Assembly: GCA_965262675.1 (NCBI GenBank)
Contig: OZ253554.1
Span: 3,220,640 to 3,284,639 of the forward strand
Direction: 5' to 3'
Length of the DNA: 64,000 nucleotides
Source: Terriglobia bacterium
GTDB taxonomy: Bacteria; Acidobacteriota; Terriglobia; 20CM-2-55-15
In this document: positions 56,978 to 64,000 of the stretch, one piece after another
Position numbering within the stretch: position 1 is the stretch's first letter
Layout: each line of letters starts with the position of its first letter
Made by a program: the position numbers and the translations under genes
Notes under the pieces: model-generated
Told to the model about the DNA's origin: nothing
The model's input: only the letters and a program-made list of their open reading frames with translations
Databases searched by the model: none

Positions 56978-57852
56978 CGAACAAGATCCCGATAGGTATC
57001 CGGACGCCGGTTTTTGAGAAATCCCCAGCCGTCCCGGGACTCTCGCACCCGGTCGAGGTCGATCTCGACGACCAGCACCTCCTCGCGGGTCGATGACGCC
57101 CGGGCGATAACCTGACCGAACGGATCGGCAACGAACGAACCGCCCCAGAACGTCAGGCCGCCCTCCTTTCCGACACGGTTGACGGCAACTGCAAATACAC
57201 CGTTCATGGACGCGTGAGCCCTCATCGCGTCTTCCCAACGCCGGGCCGAAAACGGTTCCTCCCGACGCAGTTCACCGAACCAGCCAATGGCCGTCGGATA
57301 AAAAAGCACTTCCGCACCACGTATGGCGTTGGCCCTGGCCGCCTCCGGAAACCACTGGTCGTAACAGACCAGGGGCGCGACCCGGGTTTTGGGCGTATCG
57401 GCCTGTACGTATCCCAGATTCCCCGGCGCAAAGTAATACTGCTCGTAGTACATGGGGTCGTGTGGGATATGCACCTTGCGGTACTTGGCTGCCCGATTTC
57501 CATCGGGACCAAGGACGAGGGTCGTGTTGTACCGCCTTCCATCGCGCCCCTTCTCGTACATCGAACCGCCCACCAACGTCACACGGTTATTGGCGGCTGC
57601 GGACGACAGAAACCGGGAAATTTTTCCTGGAATCGGCTCCGCGGTGTCCAGAACAGAGGGGTCTTCGGACTGCGCGAAGTAGGGACCGGCGAAGAGTTCC
57701 TGAAGACAAACGATCTCGGCGCCCCGTTCCGCCGCATCCCGAATGCAGGCGGCGGCATGCGCGAGATTGAGATCCATGCCGCGCGTAGATCGCATCTGGA
57801 CAAGGCCAATCCGCAACGGTCTGTTTCGGTGCTGTTCGGACGGCTTCGTCAC
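56974..57852 (-). CDS. aguB: N-carbamoylputrescine amidase (CN-hydrolase family)
   Basis: Nitrilase-superfamily catalytic triad context (E in QELF, K in KYRKVH, C in LVCYDQWFPE). Trimmed to GTG 57852, which has a GGAGGAAG Shine-Dalgarno. 4-nt overlap with aguA. Confidence 0.85.
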   Translation of the reverse strand: MTKPSEQHRNRPLRIGLVQMRSTRGMDLNLAHAAACIRDAAERGAEIVCLQELFAGPYFAQSEDPSVLDTAEPIPGKISRFLSSAAANNRVTLVGGSMYEKGRDGRRYNTTLVLGPDGNRAAKYRKVHIPHDPMYYEQYYFAPGNLGYVQADTPKTRVAPLVCYDQWFPEAARANAIRGAEVLFYPTAIGWFGELRREEPFSARRWEDAMRAHASMNGVFAVAVNRVGKEGGLTFWGGSFVADPFGQVIARASSTREEVLVVEIDLDRVRESRDGWGFLKNRRPDTYRDLVR

Positions 57853-58056
57853 GGTACTTCCTCCGGGCAACCCATCGTCGCATACCCGGATGACAGCTTC
57901 CAACCGACGGGACCTTCGTTGACCCAACCTTGCTACACTACGCAATATGAAGCGTGTGCTCAAAAAGCCCGAGAGGCGCTTCCCGGGAACAGGCATGCAT
58001 GCAAACCGGGAACCGGCCAAGGGATGGCGGCACTCCGGCGCCAGGAATTCAATCGA

Positions 58057-59523
58057 ATGAGCAGTCCTCCGAAAACCGTTCCGCCCACGATGGTTGCCGC
58101 GGGCCTCTTGGCCTGCCTGCTGGTTGGCTTCGGAACGCAGTTTCTTGCCACGCAAACCGGCGACGAAGCCGGCCGCCTGGCGATCTACTTCGAAGACGGA
58201 CCGTTTATTGCGGAAACGTCCGTTCGAAACGGAACCACGTACCTGTCGGTCATCGAACTGGTCCGCCGCATGACCCTTCCCTACACGGATGCCACGGCAA
58301 CTGAAACTTTTACGATCCGGGGGCCGGGAGCGACGCTCGAAATTCGCAATGGCAGCACGACGCTGACACTCGGTACGCGCAGTATCGAAATGGGGGCGCC
58401 GGCGTCGCGGGAAACGGGGCGATGGTGGGTTCCCATGGAGTTTCTGACACTCGGTTTGGCCGACGCCTCAGGCGTCCGTTTTCGGTACGACGATCCGAGC
58501 CCCCGCGTGTTCGCGGGTACGGTCGTCCCGACGTTGCTCGACATGAACGCCGCACAAACTGAAGCCGGCACCCGTCTGACGATCCGCACCGGCCAGAGCG
58601 TGAACGTCCGCGTCCAGCAGGATCCGGCGGCGAATCGCGTCGTCCTCTCCATTGACCCTTCCCCGCTCGACCCCACGCGGGAAGCGTTGGAATATCGCGA
58701 TGGTTCGATCCGCGCGGTCAGGTTCGACGACTCGGAGGGCGTGGCCCGGATCGTGATCGATACCACCGAACAGTTGGCAAACGTCCGTCTCGTACCGACA
58801 GATGAGAACCGAACCTTTCATTTGGATTTCGTCCCCGAGAACACGCCTCCTGAAACCGTCACGGGCCAACCCGCCACCTCGCCGGATCCGCTGTCGTCTG
58901 CCGGCACGGCACGAGTGATCCTGATTGACCCGGGACACGGTGGACTCGATAACGGCGCCAGTGCCCACGGCATTCTGGAAAAGGATCTGACCCTGGCTTT
59001 TGCCCGTCGATTGCGCTCCGCGCTCCAATCCCGGTTCGATGCCACGGTGATTATGACCCGCGATGACGATCGCGAAATGAGCCAGGAGGAACGGGCCACC
59101 ATCGCGAACAATAGCGCCGGGGACCTCTTGATCGGTCTGCATGTTGGGTATTCGTTCGATCGCACCGAATCCAGTTCGTCGCTCTTTGTCATGCACCCGA
59201 TTCCAGGCCGGGACGGCGAGGCGCCATCTGAAGAGGCTCTCTTTCAGCCGTGGTACCGGGCATACATGCAAACCGGCGCCGAAAGCCGGCGTTTCGCCGA
59301 AATCCTTCACCGGAATCTGGACTCCGCGATCCGGCGCTGGGAGTTTCCGGTCCGGCAAGCGCCCGTGGGACTTCTGGCCAGTACGACGATGCCCGCGGTA
59401 ATCGTCGAGCTCGGGAACGCGAATAACGAGGGTGATCTGGCAATGCTCAACGATCCGGACGTTCAGGACGGTATCGTCGCAGCGATCCTCGATACGATCG
59501 GGACGTACGGCGGAGGGACGTGA
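58057..59523 (+). CDS. N-acetylmuramoyl-L-alanine amidase (Amidase_3) with N-terminal AMIN-like domains
   Basis: VILIDPGHGGLDNGA and the ELGNANNEGD motif of the AmiC/CwlD-type amidase. N-terminal TM/signal segment. Confidence 0.85.
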   Translation: MSSPPKTVPPTMVAAGLLACLLVGFGTQFLATQTGDEAGRLAIYFEDGPFIAETSVRNGTTYLSVIELVRRMTLPYTDATATETFTIRGPGATLEIRNGSTTLTLGTRSIEMGAPASRETGRWWVPMEFLTLGLADASGVRFRYDDPSPRVFAGTVVPTLLDMNAAQTEAGTRLTIRTGQSVNVRVQQDPAANRVVLSIDPSPLDPTREALEYRDGSIRAVRFDDSEGVARIVIDTTEQLANVRLVPTDENRTFHLDFVPENTPPETVTGQPATSPDPLSSAGTARVILIDPGHGGLDNGASAHGILEKDLTLAFARRLRSALQSRFDATVIMTRDDDREMSQEERATIANNSAGDLLIGLHVGYSFDRTESSSSLFVMHPIPGRDGEAPSEEALFQPWYRAYMQTGAESRRFAEILHRNLDSAIRRWEFPVRQAPVGLLASTTMPAVIVELGNANNEGDLAMLNDPDVQDGIVAAILDTIGTYGGGT

Positions 59524-59526
59524 ACG

Positions 59527-60168
59527 ATGAGGCGGCAAATGCTCCTCAGTCTCGGAATCATGGCGGTCGCCACGTTATTGAGCGTGATCTACCTTTTCGA
59601 CGTCACCCGTATGGTTCGGACCAGCGCGGAAATCGACGAAGAAGATGCCGGTTTCACCGAACCGGAGCCGCCGCTTTTCGAGCCAACCGACCTCCCGAGG
59701 GAGATCCGGATGTTCTTTCCCGCCACGAACAACGACCTGCTCGTTCGAACCCGCAGGATGACCATTTACGAGTCTTCGGAACCGGTCAACCAGGCGCGGC
59801 AGATCATCGATCACCTGATCGCGGGGCCCGGAAACAACAACCTGTTCATGTCACTACCGGAGGGAACCGAACTCAACGAACTGTTCATTTCCGAAGACGG
59901 CGTCGCGTACGTCGATTTCAACAGCGCCCTGTCGGACAATCATCCCGGCGGAATACTCCCCGAACAGGCGACGATTTATTCCATCGTCAATTCCCTCGCC
60001 TACAACCTCGACAGCATCGAACGGGTGAAAATCCTGATCGGCGGAACCGAAAAAGAGACGCTGGCTGGGCATTGCCTCATTCTGTTACCGTTGCAGACTG
60101 ATCTGACGATCACCGATATTGCCTACCAAGCCGAGTCGGTGGCGGAAAACGCCGGCCAGATACCGTGA
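59527..60168 (+). CDS. GerMN-domain protein
   Basis: 213 aa with an N-terminal TM anchor, located directly downstream of the amidase as is common for GerM-like proteins. Domain call is moderate. Confidence 0.6.
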   Translation: MRRQMLLSLGIMAVATLLSVIYLFDVTRMVRTSAEIDEEDAGFTEPEPPLFEPTDLPREIRMFFPATNNDLLVRTRRMTIYESSEPVNQARQIIDHLIAGPGNNNLFMSLPEGTELNELFISEDGVAYVDFNSALSDNHPGGILPEQATIYSIVNSLAYNLDSIERVKILIGGTEKETLAGHCLILLPLQTDLTITDIAYQAESVAENAGQIP

Positions 60169-60222
60169 CGGCGATAGCCTTCGTAACGGCACCGAACGGA
60201 ACGCGCTGACTGAAAGGAATCG

Positions 60223-60951
60223 ATGCGAGACGACGGACGACGGCCCGACCAACTGCGACCGGTAATCATCACACCCGATTTCATTCCCCACGCCGAAGGC
60301 TCGGTTCTGATCGAGGTCGGCCGGACACGCGTAATCTGCACCGCGACGGTCGAAGACGCTGTTCCCCGGTTCATGAGGGGATCGAACAAGGGTTGGGTCA
60401 CGGCCGAATATTCGATGCTGCCACGCGCAACCGAAAGCAGAACCCCCAGAGAGGCGTCGGTTGGAAAACGGTCCGGTCGAACCCAGGAAATTCAACGATT
60501 GATCGGACGTTCGCTGCGCTCGTCGGCCAATCTGGAGCGGTTGGGCGAACGCACGATATGGGTCGACTGCGACGTCATCGAAGCCGATGGCGGGACCCGC
60601 ACCGCGTCGATCACCGGGGCGTTCGTGGCAATGGTCCGGGCAATGGATACGCTCGTGTCCGACAAGGTCGTCGAGTCGCTTCCATTGCGGTCCAGCCTGG
60701 CCGCCGTCAGTGTCGGGATCGTCAAGGGTACGCCGATGCTGGATCTGAACTACGAAGAAGACTCCGCCGCGGAAGTGGATTTCAATGTCGTCATGACCGG
60801 TGGCAGCGAGTTTGTCGAAGTTCAGGGCACGGCCGAACGTCAGCCGTTTCCACGGCAACGCCTGGACGAGCTTCTGGATCTCGCCCAATCGGGCATCGCC
60901 CAGCTGATCGAAGCGCAACGGTCGATCATCGGCACGGTTCCCCAATGGTGA
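60223..60951 (+). CDS. rph: Ribonuclease PH
   Basis: RPDQLRPV...[16 protein letters not shown]...[22 protein letters not shown] signature segments. Confidence 0.9.
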   Translation: MRDDGRRPDQLRPVIITPDFIPHAEGSVLIEVGRTRVICTATVEDAVPRFMRGSNKGWVTAEYSMLPRATESRTPREASVGKRSGRTQEIQRLIGRSLRSSANLERLGERTIWVDCDVIEADGGTRTASITGAFVAMVRAMDTLVSDKVVESLPLRSSLAAVSVGIVKGTPMLDLNYEEDSAAEVDFNVVMTGGSEFVEVQGTAERQPFPRQRLDELLDLAQSGIAQLIEAQRSIIGTVPQW

Positions 60952-61538
60952 AGCGGCTCGTCGTTGCCAGTACCAACCCGGGTAAGGCCCACGAAATCAC
61001 GGCTGGATTGGAAGGTCTGGATGAATGGTCCGTCGAGGCGCTGCCCGCCGGCCTGCCGGTCGCCGAAGAAACTGGCGCCGCCTTTACCGAAAATGCCATC
61101 CAGAAAGCCGAGTTCTACAGTGGACTCCTGGGAAACACGGTCTGGGTGGTCGCCGACGATTCAGGGCTGGTCGTGGACGCGCTTGGCGGGCGGCCCGGCA
61201 TCAAGTCCTCCCGCTACGCGCCCACCGACGACGCGCGCAATCTGAAACTCCTGGCGGAGATGAGGGGTGTCGAACCAAACCGGCGGTCGGCCCGTTTCAT
61301 CTGCGCACTGGCTCTTGCACGAAACGGCAGGACGCTCTGGAAAGCCGAGGCCCATGTCGACGGGGCGGTGGCAGTCGATCCGGCAGGAGAGAACGGCTTT
61401 GGATACGACCCCCTGTTCTGGGTTCCTGAATTCGGACAGACCATGGGACAGTTGCCGCCGGAAACCAAGAACCGAATCAGCCACCGCGGCCAAGCCCTCG
61501 CGATGCTGCGAACCTGCCTTGAAACCGGGAACTTTTAG
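60945..61538 (+). CDS. rdgB: dITP/XTP pyrophosphatase (Ham1/RdgB)
   Basis: [32 protein letters not shown] and [19 protein letters not shown] motifs. Start overlaps the rph stop. Confidence 0.85.
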   Translation: MVKRLVVASTNPGKAHEITAGLEGLDEWSVEALPAGLPVAEETGAAFTENAIQKAEFYSGLLGNTVWVVADDSGLVVDALGGRPGIKSSRYAPTDDARNLKLLAEMRGVEPNRRSARFICALALARNGRTLWKAEAHVDGAVAVDPAGENGFGYDPLFWVPEFGQTMGQLPPETKNRISHRGQALAMLRTCLETGNF

Positions 61539-61630
61539 TTGTTTTCAGCATGCGAGCGGCCATTGGCCGAACGCCGCATTAAACGCTATCAGATCTGGCA
61601 GGTCTAATCGGATATGACAGGAGGCCGCCC

Positions 61631-62272
61631 ATGACTTCGGTATTGATCGCCGTATTGCTTTTGGGACCGGTTGGCGCTACCGGCCAGGGTCCCAGAGATC
61701 TCGATTTGCCTGGAGAGATCCAGCCGTTTCTCGTCGTGCCGGAAGGCACTGTCATCCCGATCGTGTTGACAAGCGAAATCTCGACCAGGAACGCCAAGGA
61801 AGGCGACGGCGTTTACGGCCGCACGGTATTCCCCATCACCGTGGACAATCAGATCGTGATTCCGGTCAACAGCTATGTCCGCGGGCGTATTGTCGGTTCC
61901 GAGCGCGCGGGAAGAATCAGCGGGAAAGCCGAACTGACGATCAACTTCCAAACCATCGTGCTGCCCAGCGGTCTGACATTGTCGATCTTCGGCAGCCTGG
62001 GAGGAATTGGCGGTACGACGGGCGAACGGCGCGGTGAGGCCACCGTGGAGGCCGACTCGGGCACGGGCGCGGATGCGGCGACAATTGGAACCAACGCGGG
62101 AATCGGCGCAGGCGTTGGCGCCATCGGCGGGGGAGCGAGAGGCATCGGCATCGGCGCAGGCGTGGGCGCTGCCGCCGGAGTCGCCCAGGTCTTGCTGGGA
62201 CGCGGAGAAGATGTGGTCCTCCGGCCCGGCACGATGATCGAAATCGTTCTCGACGTACCTCTGGAACCTTGA
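61631..62272 (+). CDS. Secreted protein with C-terminal glycine zipper; paralog of 785..1696
   Basis: Signal peptide. GIGAGVGAIGGGARGIGIGAGVGAAAGVAQVLLG zipper. Colinear with the ORF at 785..1696. Confidence 0.5.
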   Translation: MTSVLIAVLLLGPVGATGQGPRDLDLPGEIQPFLVVPEGTVIPIVLTSEISTRNAKEGDGVYGRTVFPITVDNQIVIPVNSYVRGRIVGSERAGRISGKAELTINFQTIVLPSGLTLSIFGSLGGIGGTTGERRGEATVEADSGTGADAATIGTNAGIGAGVGAIGGGARGIGIGAGVGAAAGVAQVLLGRGEDVVLRPGTMIEIVLDVPLEP

Positions 62273-62485
62273 AGGTCGAGGCGCAACTCCGCACTCCGCC
62301 GGGTCGCCTTCCCACGACGAGATGACGCTTTCGAGGATTCCGATTCACGTCCCGGAAAACAGGAAGCGCGGCCCGTGCCAGGGCGATCGGAGGAGGGTCA
62401 AGGCATCGAAGCGAAAACCTTCCCTATGGAAATCCCATGGATCCGCCTTTGCAACCGTCCTCCTTTTGAATTACCTTGGACACGA

Positions 62486-62560
62486 CGGGGCGTAGCGCAG
62501 CCTGGTTAGCGCGCCTGCTTTGGGAGCAGGAGGTCCCCAGTTCGAATCTGGGCGCCCCGA
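62486..62560 (+). tRNA. tRNA-Pro (anticodon TGG)
   Basis: Acceptor CGGGGCG/CGCCCCG, D-arm GCGC-AGCCTGGTT-AGCGC, anticodon stem CCTGC with loop TTTGGGA (TGG), T-arm CCCAG-TTCGAAT-CTGGG, discriminator A. Confidence 0.85.
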
Positions 62561-63108
62561 CTTTTAGAATCAAAGAGATACATGGATTTTGGCATATCTG
62601 TTTGTACCGTAAACTCCGTCCGCACTGAAAACATTGCAGTTACAGGATTCCGGCGACAAGCTTCGGTGGCCATGATACGAGTGATTTGTTGCCTGATGGC
62701 CGCGCTGTGTTAAGTGTCTTTGCGCCGAACCCTGAAATTGTACTTTCTCTACTACTGGCATTCGCGGACTCACTTGGCGCTGGAGAAGGATTCCCCACAG
62801 ACGAGAGCAGTTCAGCTCCTCGGAACTGGGCCTGTTGTGGAACTGCCACAAGTCGGCGGGTTACACCATCGTTACGAACGCCGCGCCGCCTGAACCGTCA
62901 GACAGATCGTGACCGCACGCAATCGACGTACACAAAGTTTTGTCAATACCCTGCTGAATCTCCGAATCGGATCTCCGTATGAACGGTCATGCCGAACCTG
63001 ACGGTCATCTCGAACGCGGAAAGTAGCGTTTCGCCGTACACGATCTGACCGATTTCGAGTGCGATGGAGTTTCTGGTAGGGACAACCCGTTATGATGGAC
63101 GATTGACT

Positions 63109-64000
63109 GTGCCGCCCACCAACATCGCTGTTCTGGCAGAAAAGCCGTCCGTTGCACGAGACATCGCCCGCGTCCTGGGTGCCGGCAAGAAAGGCGATGG
63201 ATTTCTTCACGGCAATGGCTATGTAGTTACGTGGGCAATCGGGCACCTTGCATCGCTCGCTCAACCGCACGAGATCGATCCCACCTGGAAACAGTGGCGA
63301 CTCGACACACTCCCGATGCTGCCCAGCCGATGGCCGCTCGTGGTCTACGAGAAGACAAGTCACCAGTTTGAGGTCGTCAAGAGGATCCTGCGTTCCGAGA
63401 GAATCTCGGAACTCGTGTGCGCGACCGATGCCGGACGTGAAGGGGAACTGATCTTCCGGTACATCTACGAAGCCGTCGAATGTGGAAAGCCGTTCCGGCG
63501 TTTATGGATCTCCTCACTCACAGCCGATGCCGTTCGAAAAGGTTTTGAGACGTTGCAACCCGGTGCCGACTACGATTGGCTGGCCAACGCCGCGAGGGGA
63601 CGAAGCCGCGCCGACTGGCTGGTCGGTATGAATCTTTCGCGGGCGTACTCCCTCACATTCAACGAAGAGCTGTCGGTGGGCCGCGTGCAGACGCCAACGC
63701 TGGCGATGATCGTGGAGCGCGAACTGGCGATCCGGAGTTTCGTCGTCGAAGAGTATCTCGAAGTTCATGCCACGTTTCGGACCGGCGGCGGAGTCGATTC
63801 GTATCGAGGCGTGTTCGAAAAACGTCTCCCAAAAGACGGCGTCCAGGCCACGGCCATCGTCGAGCGCGCGCGAACGGGCACGGCTTCGGTCGAATCGGCC
63901 GAGGCCAACACGCGACGCCAGGAACCGCAACTGCTCTACGACCTCACCGAACTGCAGCGGTCTGCGAACCGTTTATTCGGGTTCAGCGCGCAGCGGACTC
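63109..64000 (+). CDS. topB: DNA topoisomerase III (type IA), N-terminal fragment running off the window
   Basis: Toprim and catalytic motifs: NIAVLAEKPS, TDAGREGELI, SVGRVQTPTLAMIVERE. GTG start at 63109 is uncertain (TTG at 63103 is the alternative). Not in the ORF track because no stop lies within the window. Confidence 0.8.
   Translation, partial: MPPTNIAVLAEKPSVARDIARVLGAGKKGDGFLHGNGYVVTWAIGHLASLAQPHEIDPTWKQWRLDTLPMLPSRWPLVVYEKTSHQFEVVKRILRSERISELVCATDAGREGELIFRYIYEAVECGKPFRRLWISSLTADAVRKGFETLQPGADYDWLANAARGRSRADWLVGMNLSRAYSLTFNEELSVGRVQTPTLAMIVERELAIRSFVVEEYLEVHATFRTGGGVDSYRGVFEKRLPKDGVQATAIVERARTGTASVESAEANTRRQEPQLLYDLTELQRSANRLFGFSAQRT

Overview
GC-rich bacterial chromosomal window (GC judged by eye, not computed). 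The flavour is Acidobacteria- or Planctomycetes-like: a DUF1592/DUF1552 gene pair, several PQQ quinoproteins and many secreted paralogs. Housekeeping genes: korAB, trxB, folB, sdhCAB, malonyl-CoA decarboxylase, aguAB, a cell-wall amidase, rph, rdgB, a partial topB, tRNA-Arg(TCT) and tRNA-Pro(TGG). Non-core content: (1) A complete Zorya type I-like anti-phage operon zorABCD on the minus strand (46.6-53.8 kb). Directly downstream are two uncharacterised genes, a Cys-rich 240-aa protein and a 429-aa protein with a C-terminal HEPN-like RNRAVHG motif, followed by a higA antitoxin remnant with an in-frame TGA. (2) A lineage-specific periplasmic gene system. Five paralogs of a ~250-300-aa secreted family (A) and three paralogs of a ~130-aa secreted family (B) occur as A-B, A-A-B and A-(VOC-VOC-A)-B units. 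These units flank a minus-strand operon of two PQQ dehydrogenases and a Tat-exported FAD oxidoreductase. The predicted mature N-terminus of family B is a conserved His-His. (3) A perfect 55-bp tandem repeat array (6 copies plus a degenerate seventh) after korB, plus REP-like GC hairpin repeats after a DASS transporter. (4) A 698-aa radical SAM protein with an N-terminal rubredoxin-like Cys motif (possible Tes/GDGT-MAS-like lipid synthase), downstream of folB in the same orientation across an AT-rich 218-bp gap and a weak hairpin. Many long antisense or extended ORFs in the supplied track are judged to be GC-rich artefacts and were trimmed or rejected.
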